DNA of 55,444 nucleotides from Chlamydiota bacterium (GTDB lineage Bacteria > Chlamydiota > Chlamydiia > Chlamydiales > RGXB01). A program made the translations under genes and the position numbers. A model generated the notes under the pieces. That model was given only the letters and a program-made list of their open reading frames with translations. It made no database searches and had not been told where the DNA came from. The DNA lies in the NCBI GenBank assembly GCA_010031885.1, contig RGYU01000001.1:1-55444 (forward strand), in the 5' to 3' direction. Shown here piece after piece: positions 26,431-34,629 of this stretch (position 1 is the first letter of the stretch; each line of letters opens with the position of its first letter).

Positions 26431-27467
26431 AGCAAAAAGGATTTTTGCCGCTAAAAATGGATTGGGATGACCTCGTATTTCTCAACTATCCCTGTGACCC
26501 TGAAATTTTACAAAAATTTCTACCGGAGGGGATGGAAGTAGATCTTTTTGAAAACAGAGCCTACTTGACCATCGCACCTTTGACCATGTCCGATTTCTCT
26601 CTTTATTCCTTTAAGTTCTTGTTTCAAAAGCGTTTTTACGAATGCAATCTTAGAACCTACGTGAAAGTGGGTAAAAAAAGGGGGGTCTATTTTTTTTCTT
26701 TAGACGCAAATAGCGTTTTAGAGGTTCTCGGAGCTCGAGCTGTTTTTCATCTCAATTATCGCTATAGATCTATCAAATTTAAGCTTGAAGATGGTCGTTA
26801 CCGATTTGAAATGAAAAACCCAATCTCGCCAAATCAAAAGACGCTCATTATTCTGGGAATATCTCATCAAAAACAAGAGCTAACCCCCCTAATTCGTTTT
26901 ATTAGTGACCGCTCGTCTTATTTTGTAAAAAATAAAAACCACCTATTCGAGGGGGTAGTTAAGCATAAGGAATGGGAGTTCCAGAAAGTAGAGGTATTAA
27001 AAGTAGAGACCGACCTCTTAAATAGATTTCCTATAGTAGATCCCCCTGTTGCTGTTTATTCCAAAAAAACAACCGTTGAAAGTCGTTTCCTATGTCCAGC
27101 ACAAAACCCTATTGTTTTTTTTGATCATGCTTGTGGCCTTTGTCAAAGGGCTGTGGCCATTTTACTTGCCCTGGATATCAGAAAACAGGTGCTTTTTGCC
27201 CCCATTAACGGAAAAACCTACAAAACCATTTTTTCCCACCCCCCCAAAAATGATCGACTCATCCTTTTCGACGACCAGGGGGCATCCGATGGAGCCAAGG
27301 CACTTCTTAATCTTCTAGACTACCTACCTTGGTTTACAGGAATTTTCTCCCTTTTTAGGCTTGTCCCCCTTTCCTTACTCAATCGATGGTACGATGCGAT
27401 AGCAAAAATGCGTAAAAGCTGCGATTTAGAAAAAAAGAGGGTCGATGATCCCCGCATACTTCCTTAA
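26427..27467 (+). CDS. Fusion protein: DUF2071 (YqjF-like) domain + DCC-family thiol-disulfide oxidoreductase (DUF393) domain
   Basis: N-terminal half: WDDLVFLNY, ECNLRTYV, GVYFFSLDA, HKEW (DUF2071 hallmarks). C-terminal half: VFFDHACGLCQRAV...WYDAIAKMR (DCC motif D-x-x-C-x-x-C). The ATG overlaps the transporter stop (ATGA at 26427-26430). Confidence 0.75.
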   Translation: MKQKGFLPLKMDWDDLVFLNYPCDPEILQKFLPEGMEVDLFENRAYLTIAPLTMSDFSLYSFKFLFQKRFYECNLRTYVKVGKKRGVYFFSLDANSVLEVLGARAVFHLNYRYRSIKFKLEDGRYRFEMKNPISPNQKTLIILGISHQKQELTPLIRFISDRSSYFVKNKNHLFEGVVKHKEWEFQKVEVLKVETDLLNRFPIVDPPVAVYSKKTTVESRFLCPAQNPIVFFDHACGLCQRAVAILLALDIRKQVLFAPINGKTYKTIFSHPPKNDRLILFDDQGASDGAKALLNLLDYLPWFTGIFSLFRLVPLSLLNRWYDAIAKMRKSCDLEKKRVDDPRILP

Positions 27468-27557
27468 ATTGTCTTTGGTTACCCGATTTTCCCTTCCCCT
27501 GTCTACCCTCAACAGATCTTGGTTGAAAATATCTTTCCGATAAATTAATCTTTTTGG

Positions 27558-28943
27558 ATGACCAATCGCAAAATCAGTGTTTTTTTACTGACGATGATGA
27601 ATCTCGCGACCATCCTCAGCATTAAAAATTGGCCTTTCGCCGCAGAATTCGGATTTTCATCCTTATTTTTTATCCTTTTAGCTGTCCTTACCTTTTTCAT
27701 CCCGTCAGCGCTTGTCTCAGCAGAACTTGCCACAGGCTGGCCACAACAGGGGGGCGTTTTTGTATGGGTCAAAGAAGCTCTCGGAAATCGGATGGGCTTT
27801 TTGGCAGTTTGGCTTTTGTGGGTTGAAAATGTTGTGTGGTACCCAACCATTCTCTCTTTTATTGGAGGGACGATCGCCTACGCAATAGACCCCCCGCTTG
27901 CTGAAAACAACTTATTTAACTTTTTCATGATCCTGTTTGTCTTCTGGGCCGTCACGTTTTTAAATATGCGTGGGTTGAGATTTTCAGGATTTATCAGCAC
28001 TTTTGGCGTCATATCCGGCACATTGCTACCTGGGCTTTTAATTGTTGTTCTAGGAATTTCATGGTTGGCTAGTGGCCGTCCAGTTGAGATTCCTATGAAC
28101 TGGGATAGTTTTTTTCCCGACATCTCCCACCCTTATCAGCTCGTATTTCTATCTGGGGTAATTTTAAGCTTTGCCGGTATTGAAATGAATGCCGTTCACG
28201 CCAACGATGTTGAGAACCCCCAAAGAAGCTATCCACTTGCGATTCTCATCTCGGTCGTTCTTATTGTCTTTTTCACAAGCTTTGGAACTCTATCGATTGC
28301 TATGGTAATTCCTCAGGGTAAGATCAATCTGGTAGCGGGAGGGGTTGCAGCGATTGACTATTTTTTAAGCGCCTATAATTTAAAAGGTTTCATTCCACTC
28401 ATATCAATCCTTATCTCTTTTGGGGCATTAGCAGGCTTGAGCACATGGATAGCCGGACCCTCAAAAGGGCTACTGACTGCAGCCCAAAGTGGAGATTTAC
28501 CACCGATTTTAAGGTCTGTCAACAGGCACGGAATGCCTGTAGGTATGCTGATCCTTCAGGGTTTGATTGTTACCGTTTTGGCGTTTGTCTTTCTCATCAT
28601 GCCGAATGTCAATAGCTCCTTTTGGATGATGACCGCCATGGTTTCCCAGCTCTACTTGCTGATGTACCTTTTGTTATTTATCTCAGCTATCGTCTTGAAA
28701 ATACGTTTTCCTTCTGTGCCCAGAGCTTTTAATGTTCCTGGTGGGAAGTGGGGGATGATTTTTGTCTCTATACTGGGAATTTTAGCTAGTGTGTTCTGTA
28801 TCATCTTTGGGTTTTTTCCCCCGACACAGATCGATACGGGCGATATCGTACAATATGAACTAATTCAAGTAGTTGGAATTGTTGCCTTTTGCGTAGCACC
28901 CTTTCTTATTCTCTACTTCAAGAAACCCGAGTGGGATAAATAA
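27558..28943 (+). CDS. APC-superfamily amino-acid transporter, GadC-like, paralogue 2
   Basis: Collinear with paralogue 1 (LVSAELATGWPQQGGVFVWVKEALGNRMGFLAVWLLW). Confidence 0.8.
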   Translation: MTNRKISVFLLTMMNLATILSIKNWPFAAEFGFSSLFFILLAVLTFFIPSALVSAELATGWPQQGGVFVWVKEALGNRMGFLAVWLLWVENVVWYPTILSFIGGTIAYAIDPPLAENNLFNFFMILFVFWAVTFLNMRGLRFSGFISTFGVISGTLLPGLLIVVLGISWLASGRPVEIPMNWDSFFPDISHPYQLVFLSGVILSFAGIEMNAVHANDVENPQRSYPLAILISVVLIVFFTSFGTLSIAMVIPQGKINLVAGGVAAIDYFLSAYNLKGFIPLISILISFGALAGLSTWIAGPSKGLLTAAQSGDLPPILRSVNRHGMPVGMLILQGLIVTVLAFVFLIMPNVNSSFWMMTAMVSQLYLLMYLLLFISAIVLKIRFPSVPRAFNVPGGKWGMIFVSILGILASVFCIIFGFFPPTQIDTGDIVQYELIQVVGIVAFCVAPFLILYFKKPEWDK

Positions 28944-28973
28944 AAAAAGGGGATCACAAGGAACCCCTTTTTT
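28944..28973. terminator. Bidirectional hairpin terminator between convergent genes
   Basis: A7 run, stem AAGGGGaTC/GAaCCCCTT (one internal mismatch), loop ACAAG, T6 run. Confidence 0.5.
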
Positions 28974-28995
28974 CATCTGACTGAAAACCAGCAAA

Positions 28996-29334
28996 TTAAC
29001 GAGCAGCAATAGCAGCTTTAAGCTTGCTTACAACTTCGCCCATTTCTTTTTTGATCGCAGCTTTTCTTGCAGACTTACGACGTGTAGACTTACGACGTGT
29101 TGCTTTTTTAGCAGTAGTCTTTTTAGCAGCTTTTCTACGTGTAGACTTACGACGTGTAGCTTTTTTAGCTGTTTTTCTTCTTGTTGATTTTTTTGCAGCT
29201 TTTTTAGCGTGCTTTCTGTGTGTGTGCTTTTTAGCAGCTTTTTTAGCATGCTTTCTGTGTGAGTGCTTTTTTGAAGCTTTTTTTGCTGTGTGCTTTCTAG
29301 AAGCTTTTCTTACAGCTTTCTTTTTGGCTACCAT
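28996..29334 (-). CDS. Lys/Arg/Ala-rich histone H1-like nucleoid protein (chlamydial Hc2/HctB-like)
   Basis: 112 aa, roughly half Lys+Arg. Internal repeats HxHRKHAKKAAKK x2 and TAKKATRRKSTRRK x2. Short non-repetitive C-terminus EMGEVVSKLKAAIAAR. Confidence 0.7.
   Translation of the reverse strand: MVAKKKAVRKASRKHTAKKASKKHSHRKHAKKAAKKHTHRKHAKKAAKKSTRRKTAKKATRRKSTRRKAAKKTTAKKATRRKSTRRKSARKAAIKKEMGEVVSKLKAAIAAR
29071..29272. repeat. Imperfect tandem repeats inside the histone-like gene (57-nt and 39-nt periods)
   Basis: CGTGTAGACTTACGACGTGT(T/A)GCTTTTTTAGC occurs at 29081 and 29138. GCAGCTTTTTTAGC(G/A)TGCTTTCTGTGTG(T/A)GTGCTTTTT occurs at 29195 and 29234. Confidence 0.8.
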
Positions 29335-29516
29335 TTTAATTTCCTTTTTTTTGTTTTTAAAAAGCTTTTTTACCCAAATTAAGGTCTTTTAATTGCACTA
29401 TACAAATTAATTAATTATTTTCTATTAATTATTGAAATAATTTTTAATATACATTCAGAATATGTTCTGAAGCATTTTTAATTTTAAAATAATTAAAAGT
29501 TAATTAGAGTAAAGTA

Positions 29517-29819
29517 ATGAAAAAAGCCCTCATTTTAGCCCTTTTTAGTTCCGCATTTCTCCTAGAGGGGGCAAAATCGGTCGAAAAGCCGGTTTTATAC
29601 TCGAAATCGAATTGTATCTACTGTCAAAAGGTCTTTTTGTCGGTTAAAGGCCTTGAACAAAAGGTCGAAATTCGGGATGTGAATGACCCTTCGGCTCGCC
29701 AAGAACTGATAAAAATAGGGGGGAAACCCCAGGTTCCATGCTTGGTTATTAACGAGGTTGCCCTCTATGAATCAGATGCGATTATCGAATACTTTAACTC
29801 TTTAGAATCAATGAAATAA
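29517..29819 (+). CDS. Exported glutaredoxin / GST-N-terminal-like thioredoxin-fold protein (CIYC)
   Basis: Signal peptide MKKALILALFSSAFLLEGA. VLYSKSNCIYCQKV redox motif. GGKPQVPCLVINEVALYESDAIIEYF matches the Grx/GST-N cis-Pro and ES-D motifs. Confidence 0.65.
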   Translation: MKKALILALFSSAFLLEGAKSVEKPVLYSKSNCIYCQKVFLSVKGLEQKVEIRDVNDPSARQELIKIGGKPQVPCLVINEVALYESDAIIEYFNSLESMK

Positions 29820-29883
29820 AAGATTGACAAAATCCTCCTTACGACCTATGAATATAAGAATTTATTAGATCATGGGGTAGCGC

Positions 29884-31314
29884 TTGGAAATTTCTAGTAA
29901 CCAATCTAAACGGGTTATCAGCATTTTTGTCTTGGCGATGCTGAACGTTTCGGTGATGGCGAGCTTGAGAAGCTTGCCTCTAGTAGCCGAATTTGGGTAT
30001 AGCTCTATCTTCTTTTTCCTAGTAGTAGCCCTCACTTTTTTAGTTCCCCAAGCACTTGTAGCAGCTGAGCTTGCAACCGGTTGGCCCAAATCGGGCGGGA
30101 TATACATCTGGGTTCGCGAAGCTTTGGGTGATCGTTGGGGGTTTTTTGCTATTTGGATCCAATGGGTTCATAATGTTACTTGGTATCCAGTTATTTTATC
30201 ATTCGTAGCGACAACATTGGCTTACGTCTTTTATCCCCCTTTTATAGAAAATAAGTACTACGTTTTGACCGTTATTTTAGCTAGCTTTTGGGGAATGACT
30301 TTTTTTAACTTTTCAGGAATTCGACTTTCCAGCTGGTTTAGTACTTTTTGTGTGATCGCCGGTACTATTCTTCCAGGGATATTCTTAATCGGATTAGGAT
30401 TGACTTGGATGCTTTCGGGTCAACCCTTGCAAATTACTTTCACCACGGAAAATCTTTTGCCTGACCTAAGTCGTTTAGATAACATTGTCTTTTTGGGCGG
30501 ACTATTTCTCTCTTTTGCTGGCCTTGAAGTTACTAGCGGATATGCTGGCGAGGTACAAAACCCTCAAAAAAACTACCCAATCGCAATCTTGATGGCTGCT
30601 GTTATTACCTTTGTCTTATTCCTTTTAGGGTCCCTTTCGATCGCCTGGGTCATTCCAAAAAGTCAAATTAGTCTGGCATCAGGACTCATGGCCGCCTTAA
30701 AAATCTTTTTAGAAAACTACAATCTTGGATGGTTGCTTGGTATTTTAGGTATTCTTTTGGTTGCTGGTGCAGTAGGGGAAACTAATGCTTGGATCATCGG
30801 GCCAGTAAAAGGTCTTTATACCACCTCACGACACGGGAATCTCCCCCCTATTTTCCAAAAACTGAATAAAAACGAGATCCCTGTTAATTTACTCTACTTT
30901 CAAGCAATTGTCGTTACTTTTGCTGCTTTTATGTATTTACTGATGCCCTCGATTAGCAGTGCTTTCTGGATACTTACAGCACTAAGCGCCCAAATTTACT
31001 TAGTGATGTATGTGATGATGTTCATAGCGGCAATTAGACTGCGCTATACAAGACCAAATGTTCCTAGAGCATACCAGATTCCCCATCCCCATAAAGGGAT
31101 GTGGTTAATTTCTACAGTAGGGATTATTACCTCTATCTTCGGAATTTTTCTAGTCCTTATTCCACCCGTCCAATTCAAGGATGAATCAATCGTGACGTAT
31201 GTCTCATTCTTGATCACAGGGCTAGTATCGATGGTCGCGCTGCCCCTTATCATCCATGCCTTCAAAAAGCCCTCCTGGAACCCCATAAACAATATGATTG
31301 AAAGTGATGATTAA
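29884..31314 (+). CDS. APC-superfamily amino-acid transporter, GadC-like, paralogue 3 (TTG start)
   Basis: LVAAELATGWPKSGGIYIWVREALGDRWGFFAIWIQW. The in-frame TAG 6 nt upstream forces the TTG at 29884 as the first possible start. Confidence 0.8.
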   Translation: MEISSNQSKRVISIFVLAMLNVSVMASLRSLPLVAEFGYSSIFFFLVVALTFLVPQALVAAELATGWPKSGGIYIWVREALGDRWGFFAIWIQWVHNVTWYPVILSFVATTLAYVFYPPFIENKYYVLTVILASFWGMTFFNFSGIRLSSWFSTFCVIAGTILPGIFLIGLGLTWMLSGQPLQITFTTENLLPDLSRLDNIVFLGGLFLSFAGLEVTSGYAGEVQNPQKNYPIAILMAAVITFVLFLLGSLSIAWVIPKSQISLASGLMAALKIFLENYNLGWLLGILGILLVAGAVGETNAWIIGPVKGLYTTSRHGNLPPIFQKLNKNEIPVNLLYFQAIVVTFAAFMYLLMPSISSAFWILTALSAQIYLVMYVMMFIAAIRLRYTRPNVPRAYQIPHPHKGMWLISTVGIITSIFGIFLVLIPPVQFKDESIVTYVSFLITGLVSMVALPLIIHAFKKPSWNPINNMIESDD

Positions 31315-31333
31315 ACATCCAAATCCTCCTCTT

Positions 31334-31375
31334 AAACAAAAGAAGGGCCATGATTTCATGACCCTTCTTTTGTTT
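31334..31375. terminator. Long bidirectional hairpin between convergent transporter and ispG genes
   Basis: AAACAAAAGAAGGGCCATGA / TCATGACCCTTCTTTTGTTT, about 18-20 bp with one mismatch. A/T-rich flanks run both ways. Confidence 0.65.
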
Positions 31376-31394
31376 AGCTTACTTTAATGATGAT

Positions 31395-32672
31395 CTAAAC
31401 AAGGGTGGGCTCTTTCCAAACCCCCTCTTTTTTCAGCAAATCGATAAGCGCATCTAAAGCTTTAGACTCATGTACATGAGAAACAACTTTTTTATGTTTG
31501 ATGTATAAGTCAATATATCCTGGTTTTGAGCCCACGTATCCAAAATCGGCATCTGCCATTTCACCAGGGCCATTGACAATGCAGCCCATGACGGCAATTT
31601 TGACACCGATAAGATGCTCTGTGCTCTGTTTAATATTTTTAGTAACAGTCTTCAAATCAAACTGAGTTCGCCCGCAGCTAGGACAAGAGATGAAATCTGC
31701 TTTAAACATCTTTAAACGGGCGGCTTGCAAAATCCCCTCTTTAAGCTTAAGATCAAACTCGCCCCCAAAGGGGGTAGAAATTTTCAAATCCAAAGTAGGG
31801 GCATCCAATAAAAAAGTTCCGGCCCAGGCAGATATTTGAATAATTGCCTCTTCAGGACTATTTCCGTCATAAGTGAGGCTATTGAGGTAAGGGGGTAGCC
31901 CCTTTAAAATCTTGCAGGGGTAGATCTCTTCTTCTGGATCCTCTGTCAAAGACACACGAATTGTATCGCCAATTCCCTCAAGGAGCAAAGGGCCAATTCC
32001 AAAGGCGGCTTTGATCCGCCCCTCAATCCCCTCCCCAGCTTCAGTCACCCCAAGATGAAGAGGAGGAAAGACCCCCTCGGCCGGCATCATCGCTACAAAA
32101 AGTCTATAGGCACGGATCATTACAAGCGGATTTGAGGATTTTAAGGAAACAATTACCTGGTCAAAATTAGCCTCTTTGGCAATCCTTAGGAATTGAAAAG
32201 CCGACTCGCACATTCCTTTTGGAGTATCGCCGTACGTAAAAAGAATCTCTTCGGCTAAAGAGCCATGGTTTACCCCTATTCGAATCGCCGTTTTACTTTT
32301 TTTACAAACCTCAATCAATTCTATAAAAGATTCTTTTGCAAAATTTCCGGGATTCACCCGCACTTTATCGACAAATGGGGCTACCTCAATTGCCGCTTTT
32401 GGAAAAAAATGGATATCTGCTATGAGGGGAATTTCAATATTAAGATCCTTCAACTTTTGACGAATCTGTTTAACTGCCTCAACTTGACGCATACCCTGGA
32501 CCGTGACGCGGACTAGCTCAGCACCTTTTTGAACCAAAGATACAATTTGAGCCACCGTCGATTCTACATCTTCGGTTTTTGTTGTTGTCATAGATTGTAT
32601 TCTTATAGGGGCACCCCCACCTATAAGAATCGAACCTACTTTCACAGGTGTAGTTTTAATCCTGGTACGCAC
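31395..32672 (-). CDS. ispG: 4-hydroxy-3-methylbut-2-en-1-yl diphosphate synthase (IspG/GcpE)
   Basis: IRIQSMT, VRVNPGNF, GVNHGSL, HLGVTEAGEG, CPSCGRT, GCIVNGPGE. Confidence 0.9.
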   Translation of the reverse strand: MRTRIKTTPVKVGSILIGGGAPIRIQSMTTTKTEDVESTVAQIVSLVQKGAELVRVTVQGMRQVEAVKQIRQKLKDLNIEIPLIADIHFFPKAAIEVAPFVDKVRVNPGNFAKESFIELIEVCKKSKTAIRIGVNHGSLAEEILFTYGDTPKGMCESAFQFLRIAKEANFDQVIVSLKSSNPLVMIRAYRLFVAMMPAEGVFPPLHLGVTEAGEGIEGRIKAAFGIGPLLLEGIGDTIRVSLTEDPEEEIYPCKILKGLPPYLNSLTYDGNSPEEAIIQISAWAGTFLLDAPTLDLKISTPFGGEFDLKLKEGILQAARLKMFKADFISCPSCGRTQFDLKTVTKNIKQSTEHLIGVKIAVMGCIVNGPGEMADADFGYVGSKPGYIDLYIKHKKVVSHVHESKALDALIDLLKKEGVWKEPTLV

Positions 32673-33762
32673 AAGCAGTTTGACCCTTTTTAAACGTCAA
32701 AAACTTTTGGCCATTTAAATCTACAGCGACCTTGGCAACAACATGCCCCCGTTTAGGATCTTGCACCATGAATTCTTCGATAGAGTGTGCCTTTTCCTCA
32801 GAAACCATTACCCCGCTTTTCTTTGTGAGTATTGCCTGAAATGCACGGATACCCAGTTTTTTTGTATAAGCTAAGTCAAAAGGGGTTGGATCCTGGCAGC
32901 GACTTTCGTATCCAAGACTGCTAAATCTAAAAGGGGGAACTTTGTAGCCCTCTTTTTGTGCTCTTTTCTGCACAAATTGGAAAAGTCTTACATGCGATTC
33001 CATGCCAGAAAGATCTACGTTTCCATGCGAATCCAATTCAGTGTCCTCTGCAAGCTCAGGTATCGCCAAGCTTATCCCCTCTGGGATAAGAATAACGCCG
33101 TACTTTTTATCCCTTTTTTTCAAAAAGCTCAAAATCTGATCCACCACCTGATCTAGCGTTTGCCTGTCGGCTATGATCTCTTCACTGATTAAAGCTAAAT
33201 TCGGCTCTGCTCTGAGGGCACACTCCAAAGTGATGTGGCTTGTATCGCGCCCCATCATTTTGATTACATGAACATATTTTCCCGTTGATAAGGCGTCAAC
33301 TTTGAGGTTTTTGATGATTTGACTCATTAAAGAGCAAGCAGTATCAAATCCGAAAGAGGGTACGGCAAGATCGTAATCGATGGTTTTTGGGACGTGGATA
33401 ATTTGACAAGAAGTCTCCTTGGAAAGCTTGTAGGCGTTTGTCGCCGTATCGTCTCCCCCTATGAACACAAGGGCATCAAAATGAAACTTTTCAATCGTTT
33501 TTTTTATGGCAGGGATATCTTCAGGTAAAATCTTTTTTCTTCTAGTCTTGAGTAAATCAAATCCACCCAAATGGCGATAATGGTCCACCTCGCTTTTTTT
33601 TAACTGGCGACAAGCCCCCTCAATCAACCCTTCAGCCCCCCTTTCAATCCCCCAAAGCTCCCCAACACCGTCTAAAAGATCAAAAAGGGTTGCAATCACA
33701 TGGTGCCCGCCTGGAGCAGGACCGCCAGATAGTAAAACACCTACGCGTAATTTCTCTTTCAT
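32656..33762 (-). CDS. pfp: Phosphofructokinase, probably PPi-dependent (short form)
   Basis: SGGPAPGGHHVI, FIGGDDTATNA (GGDD) and PKTIDYDL (Lys) are the residues associated with PPi use. MGRDTSH. Confidence 0.8.
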   Translation of the reverse strand: MKEKLRVGVLLSGGPAPGGHHVIATLFDLLDGVGELWGIERGAEGLIEGACRQLKKSEVDHYRHLGGFDLLKTRRKKILPEDIPAIKKTIEKFHFDALVFIGGDDTATNAYKLSKETSCQIIHVPKTIDYDLAVPSFGFDTACSLMSQIIKNLKVDALSTGKYVHVIKMMGRDTSHITLECALRAEPNLALISEEIIADRQTLDQVVDQILSFLKKRDKKYGVILIPEGISLAIPELAEDTELDSHGNVDLSGMESHVRLFQFVQKRAQKEGYKVPPFRFSSLGYESRCQDPTPFDLAYTKKLGIRAFQAILTKKSGVMVSEEKAHSIEEFMVQDPKRGHVVAKVAVDLNGQKFLTFKKGQTACAYQD

Positions 33763-33927
33763 AAAGCACCAAAAGATCTTAAAATTTTTTATTTACCCAC
33801 TCATAATAAAGGGGCTAGCAAAGTAAAAACTTTAATTTACTGGCCCCCTTTTGGATCAAGTTTACCAACTAAAGTTTTAAAAAAGCTTCTCCTCTAATCA
33901 TCAGCCAGGTTTTTAATAAAATCAAGG

Positions 33928-34431
33928 TTAAACCCTAGCGATATCATCATCAAAATTGATCTGTCTAGCATTTGGAAAAAATTTTTTATTTAATTTTGTC
34001 GCAATAGCACGCGCATAGAGATTCATATAGTCCTCTACAAAGGAGCGTTCACCGCTATCTTTTGCACTTAAAAGAACGCCTACGCCCAGAAGCTTAGCGG
34101 CAACGCTTACGATCTTATTTCCATTTCGAGATTGTTGACAAAACAATAAATCGGCCCCTAAAGCCAAGTTTGTTCCCGCTTTGCCACAAATTAATACACA
34201 GCCGGCCCATTTGAGAACTCTTTTTAGAGATAATCTTGATTCAAAAGGTGTCGATGGCTTCAAAAAAAAGAATATGCCCGCTGTCATTCCTAATTTGAGA
34301 ATAAAATAGATAACATTTGCCATGTCTTTAATCAAATTTACGTTTTTTGGCCTATGAATCTCATCGTAAATACGCATAGTGCTTTGAGAAAAATCGTGTA
34401 AACACTTTGGCATGAAGTTGGAAATTTCCAT
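33928..34431 (-). CDS. Hypothetical membrane protein
   Basis: ORF with 2-3 hydrophobic helices (VIYFILKLGMTAGIFFFL, WAGCVLICGKAGTNLALGADLLF). No motif recognised. Confidence 0.4.
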   Translation of the reverse strand: MEISNFMPKCLHDFSQSTMRIYDEIHRPKNVNLIKDMANVIYFILKLGMTAGIFFFLKPSTPFESRLSLKRVLKWAGCVLICGKAGTNLALGADLLFCQQSRNGNKIVSVAAKLLGVGVLLSAKDSGERSFVEDYMNLYARAIATKLNKKFFPNARQINFDDDIARV

Positions 34432-34629
34432 GGTAAACCTCTTTTAAGATACTCTTAAGTAACTATGGATCAATGATATTGATTTTATTTTTTAACGTAA
34501 ATTTAAAAAAGACCAACTTTTTCTGCTAATTAGTCTTATATTCAAATCTTTTCTTATTCTCTGTTGTAAAATGGAAAATATGGTTGTTTGAAAAAATGAA
34601 GGTCTGGCTTGCCGAAATTAGGGGAAGAT

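Noticed and set aside
29024-29392. 122-aa plus-strand ORF (and 29028..29249 on the minus strand) overlapping the histone-like gene
   Set aside because: These are products of the low-complexity AAG/AGC/CGT repeat DNA, and any frame stays open. Only the Lys/Arg-rich minus-strand frame gives a recognisable protein class. It also has an RBS-like AAGGAA upstream.
27545-30107. Antisense ORFs 27545..27850 and 29865..30107, which share the peptide GQPVASSA(E/A)TSA
   Set aside because: The shared peptide is the reverse-complement reading of the conserved SAELATGWP coding segment of the transporters, so it is an artefact of paralogy.
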